From Bdellovibrionota bacterium (GTDB lineage Bacteria > Bdellovibrionota > UBA1018 > CAIPTA01 > JAALKR01), in contig CBDBMJ010000003.1 in assembly GCA_965207455.1 (NCBI GenBank), positions 256,001 to 320,000 on the forward strand: 64,000 nucleotides of DNA. Direction: 5' to 3'. The position numbers were made by a program, and so were the translations under genes. The notes under the pieces are model-generated. The model saw only the letters and a program-made list of their open reading frames with translations, was not told the origin of the DNA and searched no databases. Shown one piece after another: positions 50,701-59,495 of this stretch (its first letter is position 1; the number at the start of each line of letters is the position of its first letter).

Positions 50701-52784
50701 CAGCACTTGAGCCTGGTACCCATACTTTTTCGGTAAACATTCAACAAGGTAGTGCTGGAAATTACACATACACACCGTGCTCTAATAAAAAAAATTATGT
50801 TTTCCTTTTCTTAAATGCTCCCGAGTTTACATTGGACGCTGTTAGTAGTTCGCCATCAGCAAATTCCAAACCTAGCTTTCTTATAACTACAACAAACATC
50901 GATAACGGAAGAGCCTTTCTTTATCAATCAGCAGATTGTAGTGGAGAAGGAATTTCCAAAAACTTTACTGGTGGTTGGGGGAAAGATATAAGTTTCAAAT
51001 CCTTAGAACTCAATCCAGGTACTCATATTTTCTCCGCACGAGTCCAGCGAGCCCGTGGTTGGACTTTTTGTTCTGATCCACTTACCTATACTTACCAACC
51101 CCTAACTCCCCCAGTGCTCGCACTGCCTCCTGACTCCAACCCCTCATCGTTGGAAACCACACCCAGCTTTCTTGTAACCACAACAAATGATGGCATAGGA
51201 GAGGCATTTCTTTACAAGTCAGCAAATTGTAAAGGGGAGAGTATTTCCAGTAAAATTTTTGCTGGCAATACGAATACGGATATAACCCTTAGATCCTCAG
51301 AGCTTACCCCAGGCACCCATACCTTTTCTGTCAAAATTCAGCGAGGAAATTCTTGGACAGCTTGTTCCAATTCTTTCACTTATACCCGTGTTGTTCCTGT
51401 TGCCACTCCACCGACGTTAGCACTGGTTTCTGGATCCACATCAATGTCACTGGACGCTACTCCTAGTTTTCTCCTTACAACAACAAATGATGGGCAAGGA
51501 AGGGCTTTTTTATACAAGTCGGCAGATTGTAGCGGCGATACTGTTTCCAGCCGAACTTTTTTCGGTAATACGAATACCGTTCTTACTCTTCGATCCTCAG
51601 AACTTACTCGTGGTGACTATAAATTCTCAGTGCAAGTGCAACGAGCTAGCGTGAAAACACCTTGCTCTAATAGTGTTCCCTATACCTATACGCCCTCCCC
51701 CTTTAAAGCTCCAAACCTAAACCTGACCAATAGTTCACCATCCAGCACAAAGAATACCCCTAAGTTTATTATTACAGCAAAATACAACAAAGAATGGGAT
51801 GGAGAAGTCTTTCTTTATCAATCACCAGACTGCTCCGGTGAGAGTGTTTCTAACCGAACTTTTACAGGCGGTGGCGTGGACACCGATGTGAGTCTCAGAT
51901 CCCCCAAACTTACCCTTGGTGCCTATGCTTTCTCAACAAGGGTACAATGGCGTGGCATTCAGACATCTTGCTCCAATAGTGTAGGCTATACCCATAGTAT
52001 TCCCAGACGATGGTGGCAAAGCAATATCTTAGGTCTCAATATGAAAATTAGTGACTACTTTAGCGACAACTTGGAATCCACAAAAGGCAACAGACCATAC
52101 AATCTCTTTGAACAGATGATGATAGCTTGGAATGAATCAAGCCCTAAATATACTTTCTTTAATATCCCCGATTTTCCAAGTAATGCTAATGATCATGCCA
52201 CTCCCAACCTTCAATACAGTAATGTGAAAAATTATAAAGATAATGTAATGGGGATTTATGCCCATGAAACTTGGTTTAACTATGTGGGTAGTGAGTCAAC
52301 CATCGCTGTAACCCTGTTCTTTTTTAATAGAAAAAATATTGGCACTACTAATGAATATAAAGAGTACACACATGCGGATATTCTTTTTAACTACCGAGAC
52401 CATAAATTTACTTTTAACAAATCCGGTCCAGCTTACTTGAATATTACATCTGTCCTACTCCATGAGCTAGGACATGTTATTGGACTCGATCATCCACCAA
52501 AAGGAAATATTGAAGAAACAATTATGAGTGAAGACTTCCAAAAATTCCTTTCCACATCTCCAAAACAAACGCTTAGCCCTTACGATATTAATTCTGTTCT
52601 CCAGCACTACGATGATAATCCATTACAAATCACCACATCCTCCCAACAACAACGCTCATTTATACAAAAAAAGGAAGGATTTGGAATCATTCAACTCCAA
52701 AACAACGGAGATTGCCTCTACTATGAAAATGGAAAATTAATGCATAAGCATTCTGTTGATCTAAATCCTCATAAGAAAAAGTAG
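47784..52784 (+). CDS. Large lipoprotein: EEP nuclease/phosphatase, Pro-rich linker, 10 Cys-paired Ig-like repeats, metzincin (matrixin-like) protease
   Basis: Lipobox LTSC (likely start MKINP at 47811); EEP motifs MTQNL, LQEV, NTHL, GDIN, IDHI, PSDH; HELGHVIGLDH with Met-turn TIM. Confidence 0.85.
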   Translation: MYYSDEHRRMKINPTKLILYSALLSLLSLTSCKSDTPDPPLKLMTQNLYLGASLHPLLSDPAGPADPTAVAKILKAMEKTNFPARARALAKIIHSTRPNVLALQEVSHLRIVDAAGKTTMNVDFLSILLNELKNLGMEYTVAANALGPDIMVPLFISGAFTASVHYKGYNTILIDSSLTASGSKIKNYDKQQSTPIGLTFTRNYVKVTLSKIPNPWELEEINDIVIVNTHLEAGSKEVQEAQASELVNMLGTIDEPIFLLGDINSAANNVVKKNQTNSYPLLISSSFKDPYLELNPTAPPISTCCYDEHLSSNKFVGEGRIDHILYKNNSFSQARPTRFSLTGNKLGDKTIVSDEAKELSLWPSDHLGVVVEFTNVFSTLIQEKTDLSPPPPPPSAPNTDPEPTTSPEPMIDTPPTIQVPKLELTTTVTTDSLPHFRTTTSRNNPGTVFLYTSEDCTGNIASKKFFIGDAGTVVSFTSFVYNPGTYDFSARIWRGFEEDPYTPCSNSVRYTYDPPPVPLNAPKLTGFDLSSTPSQYPSPRFLVTTTNDRKGEALLYQSEDCTGESISSKTFDGPKNTFLTFTSLILEPGIYNFSTEVQRGSAKTPCSNSVHYLYHSITAPKLILAPGSSSSKTIPRFLMTTTNDGKGEALLYQSEDCTGESISQSFTGDAGTVVTLQSLALDPGTHTFSVQVQRSSDQTPCSNNANYSYSPLNAPLLALDADPISLNPNPSFQVTTTNDGEGRAFLYKSENCTGESISNKVFTDNSGTIVTLISPALEYGEHIFSVQVQRGDDKTPCSNNVNYMRPLLNAPTLSLLYNGNPSDSPIDSTFNFLVTTTNDGRGEAFLYQSANCSGKSIHSFTTNSETDINFKIPEPDPGRHTFSMRIQQDGNWTSCSNNVSQYVNGDINTPDLYLHLGYRKSSYSLNYPLFLIQLNNISNGNIFLYKSENCEGEIVATRTIIPGFDSTMNIKSPALEPGTHTFSVNIQQGSAGNYTYTPCSNKKNYVFLFLNAPEFTLDAVSSSPSANSKPSFLITTTNIDNGRAFLYQSADCSGEGISKNFTGGWGKDISFKSLELNPGTHIFSARVQRARGWTFCSDPLTYTYQPLTPPVLALPPDSNPSSLETTPSFLVTTTNDGIGEAFLYKSANCKGESISSKIFAGNTNTDITLRSSELTPGTHTFSVKIQRGNSWTACSNSFTYTRVVPVATPPTLALVSGSTSMSLDATPSFLLTTTNDGQGRAFLYKSADCSGDTVSSRTFFGNTNTVLTLRSSELTRGDYKFSVQVQRASVKTPCSNSVPYTYTPSPFKAPNLNLTNSSPSSTKNTPKFIITAKYNKEWDGEVFLYQSPDCSGESVSNRTFTGGGVDTDVSLRSPKLTLGAYAFSTRVQWRGIQTSCSNSVGYTHSIPRRWWQSNILGLNMKISDYFSDNLESTKGNRPYNLFEQMMIAWNESSPKYTFFNIPDFPSNANDHATPNLQYSNVKNYKDNVMGIYAHETWFNYVGSESTIAVTLFFFNRKNIGTTNEYKEYTHADILFNYRDHKFTFNKSGPAYLNITSVLLHELGHVIGLDHPPKGNIEETIMSEDFQKFLSTSPKQTLSPYDINSVLQHYDDNPLQITTSSQQQRSFIQKKEGFGIIQLQNNGDCLYYENGKLMHKHSVDLNPHKKK
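49038..52000 (+). repeat. Ten tandem ~97-aa repeats (P.L...P.F..TTTNDG.G.AFLY.S..C.G...PG.H.FS..Q....T.CSN)
   Basis: Counted in the translation; two conserved Cys per unit. Confidence 0.9.
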
Positions 52785-52807
52785 AGAAAAGAAATCAGAG
52801 CCACAAT

Positions 52808-53266
52808 TTAACCAAAATTCTCAATAAAGCTTCTTATATTTTTCAAGTGCTTCTTTATACTTCTTGTCGATCTTGGAGCAATAAAAATTGTATCGTCCCC
52901 TGCCACTGTTCCAACAATCTCAGCGTTACAATAGTGGTCTATGAACCCGGCTAAAAACATAGCAGAGCCGGGCTTCGTCTTAATTACAATTTGACTTTCA
53001 TTGCACTCCATACCTATCATCAAATCAACTAAGGATCTAGAATAACTAGGTCTTACCTCCTGAAGTCGTATCTCATAGCGAACCTTACTTTTCCCCATCA
53101 CCTTGCTTGCACCTATATTTTTTAGTGCTCTTGAAACCGTGGACTGGGTCACCTCAAATCCCTTTTTATTGAGGTATATGCATATATCTTTTTGATTGCC
53201 ATCAAAGCCGCTTCCCACAAGCCCTCGCAACACTTCTAACATCTTTCTTTTCTTTCTAATATCCAC
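52808..53266 (-). CDS. argR: Arginine repressor
   Basis: VTQSTVSRAL, VIKTKPGSA, IVGTVAGDDTIF; likely GTG start at 53266 behind AGGAG. Confidence 0.95.
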   Translation of the reverse strand: MDIRKKRKMLEVLRGLVGSGFDGNQKDICIYLNKKGFEVTQSTVSRALKNIGASKVMGKSKVRYEIRLQEVRPSYSRSLVDLMIGMECNESQIVIKTKPGSAMFLAGFIDHYCNAEIVGTVAGDDTIFIAPRSTRSIKKHLKNIRSFIENFG

Positions 53267-53280
53267 GCTCACTCCTGCAT

Positions 53281-53317
53281 TATGCATATTTATGCATAAT
53301 AATGAATATTATGCAAG
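53281..53317. promoter_or_regulatory. Tandem ARG boxes between divergent argR and argG
   Basis: tatgcatatttatgcata (18-bp box) and aatgaatattatgcaag match the ArgR operator consensus TG(A/C)AT-w4-AT(T/G)CA; second box is 1 bp short. Confidence 0.75.
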
Positions 53318-53373
53318 ATAATAATTGCCAGACCCCTAGATTTTTGAGATACCAAGAAAAAGCGAGGTGACCA

Positions 53374-54558
53374 ATGAAATCAAAAATAATTTTAGCATAT
53401 TCAGGAGGCCTGGACACATCTGCAATTATTCCTTGGCTCAAAAAGGAATACCATGCAGAGGTTATCGCCTACTGCTGTGATGTAGGCAATCTACCCAATG
53501 AAAAATGGTTGGAAGACAGAGCACTTAGCCTAGGAGCCAGTCAATTTATTTTTGAAAACCTAAAGGAAGAATTTGTGACAGATTTCGTATACCCAATGCT
53601 TCGAACGGGAGCCACGTATCAAGAAGACTATTTACTTGGAACTGCCATAGCACGCCCCCTGATAGCTCAAAAAATTGCCATCAAAGCAAAAGAGCTAAAT
53701 GCGGAAGCCATTGCCCATGGAGCCACAGGCAAAGGCAACGACCAATTAAGATTTGAAAAGGCTTGGGCATACCTCGTGCCCAATATAAAAGTCATTGCCC
53801 CTTGGCGCTCTTGGGAATTCACAGGCAGGAATGATCTGCAATCATTTCTCAATGAACAAGGGGAATCCAACGTTAAATCGGCTTATAGCATCGACAGTAA
53901 CTTGCTCCACACATCAACAGAGGGCTCAGTGCTGGAAGATATTGAAAGAAACTATAACATAGAAGAAATTCAAGCATTGTCCATACCATCTAAATCCCTA
54001 ACAACATCTCTCGAAATCGAATTTAAAAATGGAATACCCATTGCATTAAACGGCAATACTTGTGGAGCAGAGAAAATGCTGACCCTATTAAATGAAATTG
54101 GACAAAAACATGGGCTTGGCATTGTTGACCTTGTTGAAGAACGAGTCAATGGTATCAAAAGCAGAGGAATATACGTTACACCCGGCGGAACACTTCTTCA
54201 ATTTGCATTAAAGCAAATAAAACAAATTTGTTGGGAGAGATCCCTTTATAGATTGGCACAGAATCTTGGCCAAGAGTATGGACAACTTATCTACGACGGA
54301 GATTGGTTTTCTGAGTCCCGACTTGCACTAGAAGAATTCTTCAAAAAAGCTTGTTGTTCTTTAACAGGAGCAGTTGGAATAAAGATTGTGGATAATCAAA
54401 TATTTGTCACAAAACGACATAGCAAATTCAGTCTCTACAATAAGAACCATGTGAGCTTTGAAGAAGATGAAATTGGTTTCAATAAAGCTGCCTCAGGTTA
54501 TAGTGTCTTTGCCACGTATTCCAGCAAGATGGCTGGTCTCGTGAGGAGATATACATGA
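53374..54558 (+). CDS. argG: Argininosuccinate synthase
   Basis: LAYSGGLDTS, LLGTAIARP, HGATGKGNDQLRFE, GIKSRGIY. Confidence 0.97.
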   Translation: MKSKIILAYSGGLDTSAIIPWLKKEYHAEVIAYCCDVGNLPNEKWLEDRALSLGASQFIFENLKEEFVTDFVYPMLRTGATYQEDYLLGTAIARPLIAQKIAIKAKELNAEAIAHGATGKGNDQLRFEKAWAYLVPNIKVIAPWRSWEFTGRNDLQSFLNEQGESNVKSAYSIDSNLLHTSTEGSVLEDIERNYNIEEIQALSIPSKSLTTSLEIEFKNGIPIALNGNTCGAEKMLTLLNEIGQKHGLGIVDLVEERVNGIKSRGIYVTPGGTLLQFALKQIKQICWERSLYRLAQNLGQEYGQLIYDGDWFSESRLALEEFFKKACCSLTGAVGIKIVDNQIFVTKRHSKFSLYNKNHVSFEEDEIGFNKAASGYSVFATYSSKMAGLVRRYT

Positions 54559-55895
54559 AGGTATTAAACTCAAATGTTTCAAACCCGTCGAAGAATGAAT
54601 TATTCAATTTCACCAATGGATTGGATATGGATATATTACTCTACAAACAGGAAATTAAAGTTCAGAAGGCTTGGCTTGCTCAACTAGTAAAGACCAGAAT
54701 TATACAAACCAAAGAGGGAGAACTAATTCGTTTAGCACTCTGCGAAGCCAAAGAACTAATGGCATCGGGGGATTTCAACTGGAAGGTTGAAGATGAAGAT
54801 ATTCACATGAACATCGAGAGGTTTATTATTGAGAAATGTGGTGAGGTGGGTAAAAAAATTCATTTAGGTAGATCAAGAAACGACCTAATCGCAACCACAT
54901 TAAGACTTTACGTTTATGAGTGCATAAACAAAATTCAACAACTTATCTCAAACGTAGGACTAGAGATAAAAAATCAATCATTGGAATGGATAAATGTACT
55001 TGTACCAGGAATGACTCATCTCCAATTCGGTCAACCCATTAGGCTAGGCCATGCATTTTCTTCCCATGGATACGCCCTAATGAGAGATCAAAAACGATTA
55101 CATGACGTAACAACAGAATGTTTATCCTATTGCCCTTTGGGAGCAGCAGCTTTTGCCGGCACACATTTATCTATTGATCTTAAATCTCTCGCAAACGAAC
55201 TAGGATTCTCAAACCCACTACTACATTCTTACGATGCCGTAGGAGATCGTGATTTTATCTTAGATGCCTTGAATAGCTTTTCTCTTCTATCTGTTCACCT
55301 CGCAAGGCTATCCGAGGAAATAATGTATTGGTCATCCACTCCAATGGGAGTATTGGACTTACCAAATCAATACTCAACTGGCAGTTCAATTATGCCAAAT
55401 AAACGAAACCCAGATGTGCCAGAACTGGTGCGAGCAAAAATGGCAAGGGTGATGTCTTGCGCCCAAGAGGGCTCCATTATTGTAAAGGCCGTTGTTCCAA
55501 GTTACGGAACAGATCTACATGAATTGAAAAGAACTTTTGTATTATCCTTTAAAGAATTAAGCGCATCACTTAAAATTTTATCTCCATTCGTAAATGGATT
55601 AAAATGCAATACAGGCGCAGCTAAAGAAAAATTAATGTCGGGCCATATTCTCGCAACAGATGTGGCTAATAAGCTTTGCCAGGAAGGCGTCCCTTTCAGA
55701 GATGCCTACCTAAAGACAGCAGCCTTTGTTCATGAAGCCAATAAAAATAATAAGCAAGTCCATGAAATTGCTACTACGAAAATGGGATTCGATTTTTCTG
55801 CTGAAACCGCTGTTGAAGATAGAAAAAACCTCGGCGGAACCGCCCATAACCAAGCCCTTTCTGCTGTAATGAACCTCTCTTTTGGCTCCAGTTAG
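54555..55895 (+). CDS. argH: Argininosuccinate lyase
   Basis: EDIHMNIE, GRSRNDL, PGMTHLQ, TGSSIMPNKRNPD. Confidence 0.97.
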   Translation: MKVLNSNVSNPSKNELFNFTNGLDMDILLYKQEIKVQKAWLAQLVKTRIIQTKEGELIRLALCEAKELMASGDFNWKVEDEDIHMNIERFIIEKCGEVGKKIHLGRSRNDLIATTLRLYVYECINKIQQLISNVGLEIKNQSLEWINVLVPGMTHLQFGQPIRLGHAFSSHGYALMRDQKRLHDVTTECLSYCPLGAAAFAGTHLSIDLKSLANELGFSNPLLHSYDAVGDRDFILDALNSFSLLSVHLARLSEEIMYWSSTPMGVLDLPNQYSTGSSIMPNKRNPDVPELVRAKMARVMSCAQEGSIIVKAVVPSYGTDLHELKRTFVLSFKELSASLKILSPFVNGLKCNTGAAKEKLMSGHILATDVANKLCQEGVPFRDAYLKTAAFVHEANKNNKQVHEIATTKMGFDFSAETAVEDRKNLGGTAHNQALSAVMNLSFGSS

Positions 55896-56221
55896 ATTTC
55901 GGAGTCTAGCTGATTTTTAGAAAACAAGATTTTGCTATAACGATCAATATGATCCTTCAGCGGTGGATAGGTGATTAAATGGTAAGCATTGACGTCGACC
56001 TTGTAAGGAAGGCTGCTTTCATGAAATTGCGTCCACAGACTGCGAATATCCTTATCAGTTATATCACCGTAGACAACTAAATCTATATCTGAATAATTTT
56101 TATAAGAACCAGTGGCCCTTGATCCAAACAAGGATATTTTATCAATACGACTAACAAAATCTTTACAAATATTTTTGATGAGTTCTAGTTGCTGTTTTTG
56201 TAGCCCATGATTGGCACTCAT
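55892..56221 (-). CDS. Minimal nucleotidyltransferase (MNT) antitoxin
   Basis: LFGSRATG...SDIDL (GS-x10-DxD). Confidence 0.9.
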   Translation of the reverse strand: MSANHGLQKQQLELIKNICKDFVSRIDKISLFGSRATGSYKNYSDIDLVVYGDITDKDIRSLWTQFHESSLPYKVDVNAYHLITYPPLKDHIDRYSKILFSKNQLDSEI

Positions 56222-56643
56222 GTTTTTTCCATATATTTTTCTGCTAACGTTTCATAAAGCTCACTAAAGCAATTAAGATACTTCTTTCTTATTTCTTCTA
56301 TTGCTCGCTCAAACGCTTTAAAGTCATAGGTGTGGCTCATGGCATTGCGCAGGTCTAGTGCCTCCATCCAACCCTGTTCGTGAGATATTAACTTACTAGC
56401 AATAGCCTCTTTCAGTACGGCTCTAGGTGTAATCTGAGCAAATACCACCCCCTGACCCTCTAAATAATCTTTAATAGTTTTCCACGCCAACTTACTACAA
56501 TACTTAAACCTTCTTATAGTTCCCTCTTTTTCCAGTTGATTTAAGTGCCCACTCTCAATCTGGTCTATCGCCTCTGCCAGTAAAATATAGGCTCTCTTGT
56601 AATTATCAAATCTATATTGCCAACGCTCCTTGCTTTTTTTCAT
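56218..56643 (-). CDS. HEPN / nucleotidyltransferase substrate-binding protein (HI0074-like)
   Basis: RW..RF.NY..A, LAWK..KDYL, RNAMSHTY (Rx4H); overlaps the MNT gene. Confidence 0.88.
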   Translation of the reverse strand: MKKSKERWQYRFDNYKRAYILLAEAIDQIESGHLNQLEKEGTIRRFKYCSKLAWKTIKDYLEGQGVVFAQITPRAVLKEAIASKLISHEQGWMEALDLRNAMSHTYDFKAFERAIEEIRKKYLNCFSELYETLAEKYMEKT

Positions 56644-56813
56644 AACTTCCTCTCAAGCCTTTCTTTTCTATTCTATCGCACAGTCCCTACTGTAACCGCT
56701 AATTCCCCCAATTTAACCATTTGATCACGTTTAGATCACGCAGAAATAGATTCAGCCTTCCGTAGACTTTGTTAATATTTTACTATAATACAGTCAGAAA
56801 TTATCAAGTTTCG

Positions 56814-57824
56814 TCAGGGACTAGCGGGAGACTTTTTATTGCTGCTCGTAAGAGATTCCATAGCTTTTCCAAAACCACCATCAGAGCTATCTAGATCCAT
56901 TACACCTTGGGCAACAGGTTCTTTACTAGTATCTGCTAAAAAGGTCTTAGGCTTACCTTCGAGGTATTTTATGTAGTCCTCCATAGAAGCCCCATGGTTA
57001 TCCTTGACATATTCTCTATAGTCGGCTTCTTTTGAGCTTTCTATTCTGACTAAAGTAGCTTCACCTATTATTGGATGGGTTCTCCTCCTTGAGAGAGATT
57101 CAAATTTATATATAATATCCTCAACGTCACCTAGTAAATCAGCTTTTCTCTGAGAACTTTTTCCTATTTCTATCGCCATCAAGCCACCAGCTATCTTAAT
57201 TCCACCCATTAAATAGGCTTTTCCCATTGCCTTTTGGATTTTTCCTTGTGCATTAGCTTTTTGAGTCAAACAGTTAGAATTTGTGGGAGCACATTGAATG
57301 CTGTCGATTCTTTTCTTTTCAGACAACAATGCTTTTAAGGCCAAACTTATATCGACTGCTCCGGCTACGTTAAGGGCAGTACCAGCTGCTTTATGGAGTT
57401 TCGCTGATGATTCTAAAGATTTTCTGTCATTGCCTTTTTTAATAAGGTGTTTAGACACGCTTGCTCCTACTGCCACAAACCCAGCACGTTGTGACCATTT
57501 ATGAATTTGCGAAGAATTTTTCAGTCCCTCACTCGCCTCTTTAGCTTTTCTTAGACAGTCCGCTTGGGCTGCAGGGTTAGTAGAGGTGCAACCAGTCGTT
57601 ACCAGGGTAGTATCTATCTCTTCTGCTGCTTCCTGAAAATCATTACACTCATCTGGCCAGACTCCATCTAAGAAACCAGATGACATTGAACATTTAGACG
57701 CTGCTATAGCTCCATTTGGAAATACCACTAGTACGAGACCGAAAATTAAAGCAGTGCCTAGTGTTTGCTTTGAGCGGAATAATACAGCGGACTGTGGTGA
57801 TAAGTGTTTCTCTCTAGACTGCAT
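56814..57824 (-). CDS. Exported hypothetical protein with paired cysteines
   Basis: Signal/TM segment, six Cys, Gly/Ala-rich helices; likely ATG 57824 behind GGGAGG. Confidence 0.65.
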   Translation of the reverse strand: MQSREKHLSPQSAVLFRSKQTLGTALIFGLVLVVFPNGAIAASKCSMSSGFLDGVWPDECNDFQEAAEEIDTTLVTTGCTSTNPAAQADCLRKAKEASEGLKNSSQIHKWSQRAGFVAVGASVSKHLIKKGNDRKSLESSAKLHKAAGTALNVAGAVDISLALKALLSEKKRIDSIQCAPTNSNCLTQKANAQGKIQKAMGKAYLMGGIKIAGGLMAIEIGKSSQRKADLLGDVEDIIYKFESLSRRRTHPIIGEATLVRIESSKEADYREYVKDNHGASMEDYIKYLEGKPKTFLADTSKEPVAQGVMDLDSSDGGFGKAMESLTSSNKKSPASP

Positions 57825-58093
57825 AAATAACCTCCCCAAGGTGTTATGGTTAAAAAAACCTATATAGTACTATTTTAATACGGTATTGGGGTTTTGGCAA
57901 GAGGTATTCATCAGAGAAAATCCTTAAAAATCAATAAAGATGAAATGTGACTAAATACTTTGCACCTTAATTTTCGAGGTTGTTGCATAAATACCCTGTA
58001 CTGCTCATATTTTTGAGTTGAGAGATTTTAGCCTCCCTCAAGTTATATCTATAATGCGTATCATAAAAGTGTCCGTTTTTTCGGGAAAGATCA

Positions 58094-58223
58094 GTCTCAC
58101 CAATGCTCGTATTGAAGGATTCAATCGAAAGTGTAAGCTCCTTCAGCGGCAGGCATACGGTTTTCAAAACTTTGAGAACTATAAGGCTGCGAGCACTCTA
58201 CAAATGTAGTTAGGGCCAACTAG
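58094..58223 (+). pseudogene. ISL3 transposase 3' fragment (copy of 60526-60656 with a frameshift)
   Basis: Near-identical DNA; extra A in ctataaggctg. Confidence 0.9.
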
Positions 58224-58309
58224 GGGTCTCCTAACTTGATGGTGTACGCGCCGCTTCCTGACCATTTTACTTAGATGAGACATAGGTACCAACTTTCAGT
58301 AAGATTAAA

Positions 58310-59449
58310 GGTGTTGTTGCATAAATAGCTCCAAATTGAGTCTGTGAGAGACCTCTAGTGCCCTCTGGGGCCTTCTGACGCGCCTAACTATATACCTTCA
58401 GCAAAAATATACTTAAATTGAAAGAAGGCAAGGAGGCCGACTATGAGTAAAAGAACGAAGAAAAACATCAATTGGTCAGAATATAACCGAGCATTGATAA
58501 AGCGTGGAGATATAAATTTATGGCTCGATGACGATATGATAAAAAATTGGTATGCTCCTAGAAATCCCAACCCCCAGCGAGGTCGTCCATTCATATATAG
58601 TGATCGCTGTATAGAGCTAGGACTTATCTTTCGTAGCCTATTTCATTTACCCTTGCGTGCAACCCAAGGGTTTATGTGTTCGATGTTTAAGCTCATTAAA
58701 ATAGGAGCATTAAAAATTCCAAACTATAGTTCATTTTCTCGACGTTCAAAAGATTTAAAAGTAAATATTTCCTATAAAGCAAAGACCCAAGGAATTACTG
58801 ATATCGCCGTAGACTCTACCGGAATAAAAATCTTTGGAGAGGGTGAGTGGAAGATGCGAACTCATGGTAAAGGGAAGCGAAGGACTTGGAGAAAACTACA
58901 CTTGGCAGTAGACCCCGATAGCCATCAAATCGTGAGCATGGAACTGACAAAAGCCACTGTCCACGACGATCAAATGATGAAGCCATTACTAAAAGGTTTA
59001 AAAAATATAGGCAGAGTATATGCTGATGGCGCCTATGTCTCTAGAAATTGCTTTACTGCTATCGCAGAAACTGGAGCAAAGGCCAGCATAGCTCTCAGGA
59101 CAGGTACATCAAAGTCTCAGGTCAGAGGAGACCCAGGTCTTAGTTTAAGGGATAAATTAGTTGAAGAGATTTGGAGTTATGGAGGAAGGCGAGCGTGGAA
59201 AAAACAAACAGATCATCACAAGCGATCAAATGTAGAAACTTGCATGTATCGCTTCAAAAAAATACTAGGGAATACGCTCTCTAGCAGAAAATTTGAAAAT
59301 CAGCTCACTGAAGCAAGAACTAAGGTCTTCATTCTCAATCGGATGACTCATTTAGGAATGCCCCATTCCTCTACTATTACCTAAAAGATATGTGGATAGG
59401 CTCCCTATACCTCAAAATCAATCCTTACAAAATATTACGCAACAACCCC
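58310..59449 (+). mobile_element. IS5-family (IS903-type) insertion sequence, copy 2, 1140 bp
   Basis: IRs ggtgttgttgcataa / ttacgcaacaacccc; 9-bp TSD aagattaaa at 58301-58309 and 59450-59458. Confidence 0.95.
58443..59384 (+). CDS. IS5-family DDE transposase
   Basis: Identical to 11356-12297 except one E/K change. Confidence 0.95.
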   Translation: MSKRTKKNINWSEYNRALIKRGDINLWLDDDMIKNWYAPRNPNPQRGRPFIYSDRCIELGLIFRSLFHLPLRATQGFMCSMFKLIKIGALKIPNYSSFSRRSKDLKVNISYKAKTQGITDIAVDSTGIKIFGEGEWKMRTHGKGKRRTWRKLHLAVDPDSHQIVSMELTKATVHDDQMMKPLLKGLKNIGRVYADGAYVSRNCFTAIAETGAKASIALRTGTSKSQVRGDPGLSLRDKLVEEIWSYGGRRAWKKQTDHHKRSNVETCMYRFKKILGNTLSSRKFENQLTEARTKVFILNRMTHLGMPHSSTIT

Positions 59450-59495
59450 AAGATTAAATTGTAAAAGCTTAATTTTATTAAAAGAAAGGACACCT

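Noticed and set aside
11291..59449. Composite transposon or completed inversion bounded by the two IS5 copies
   Set aside because: Each copy has its own matched 9-bp TSD, indicating independent insertions
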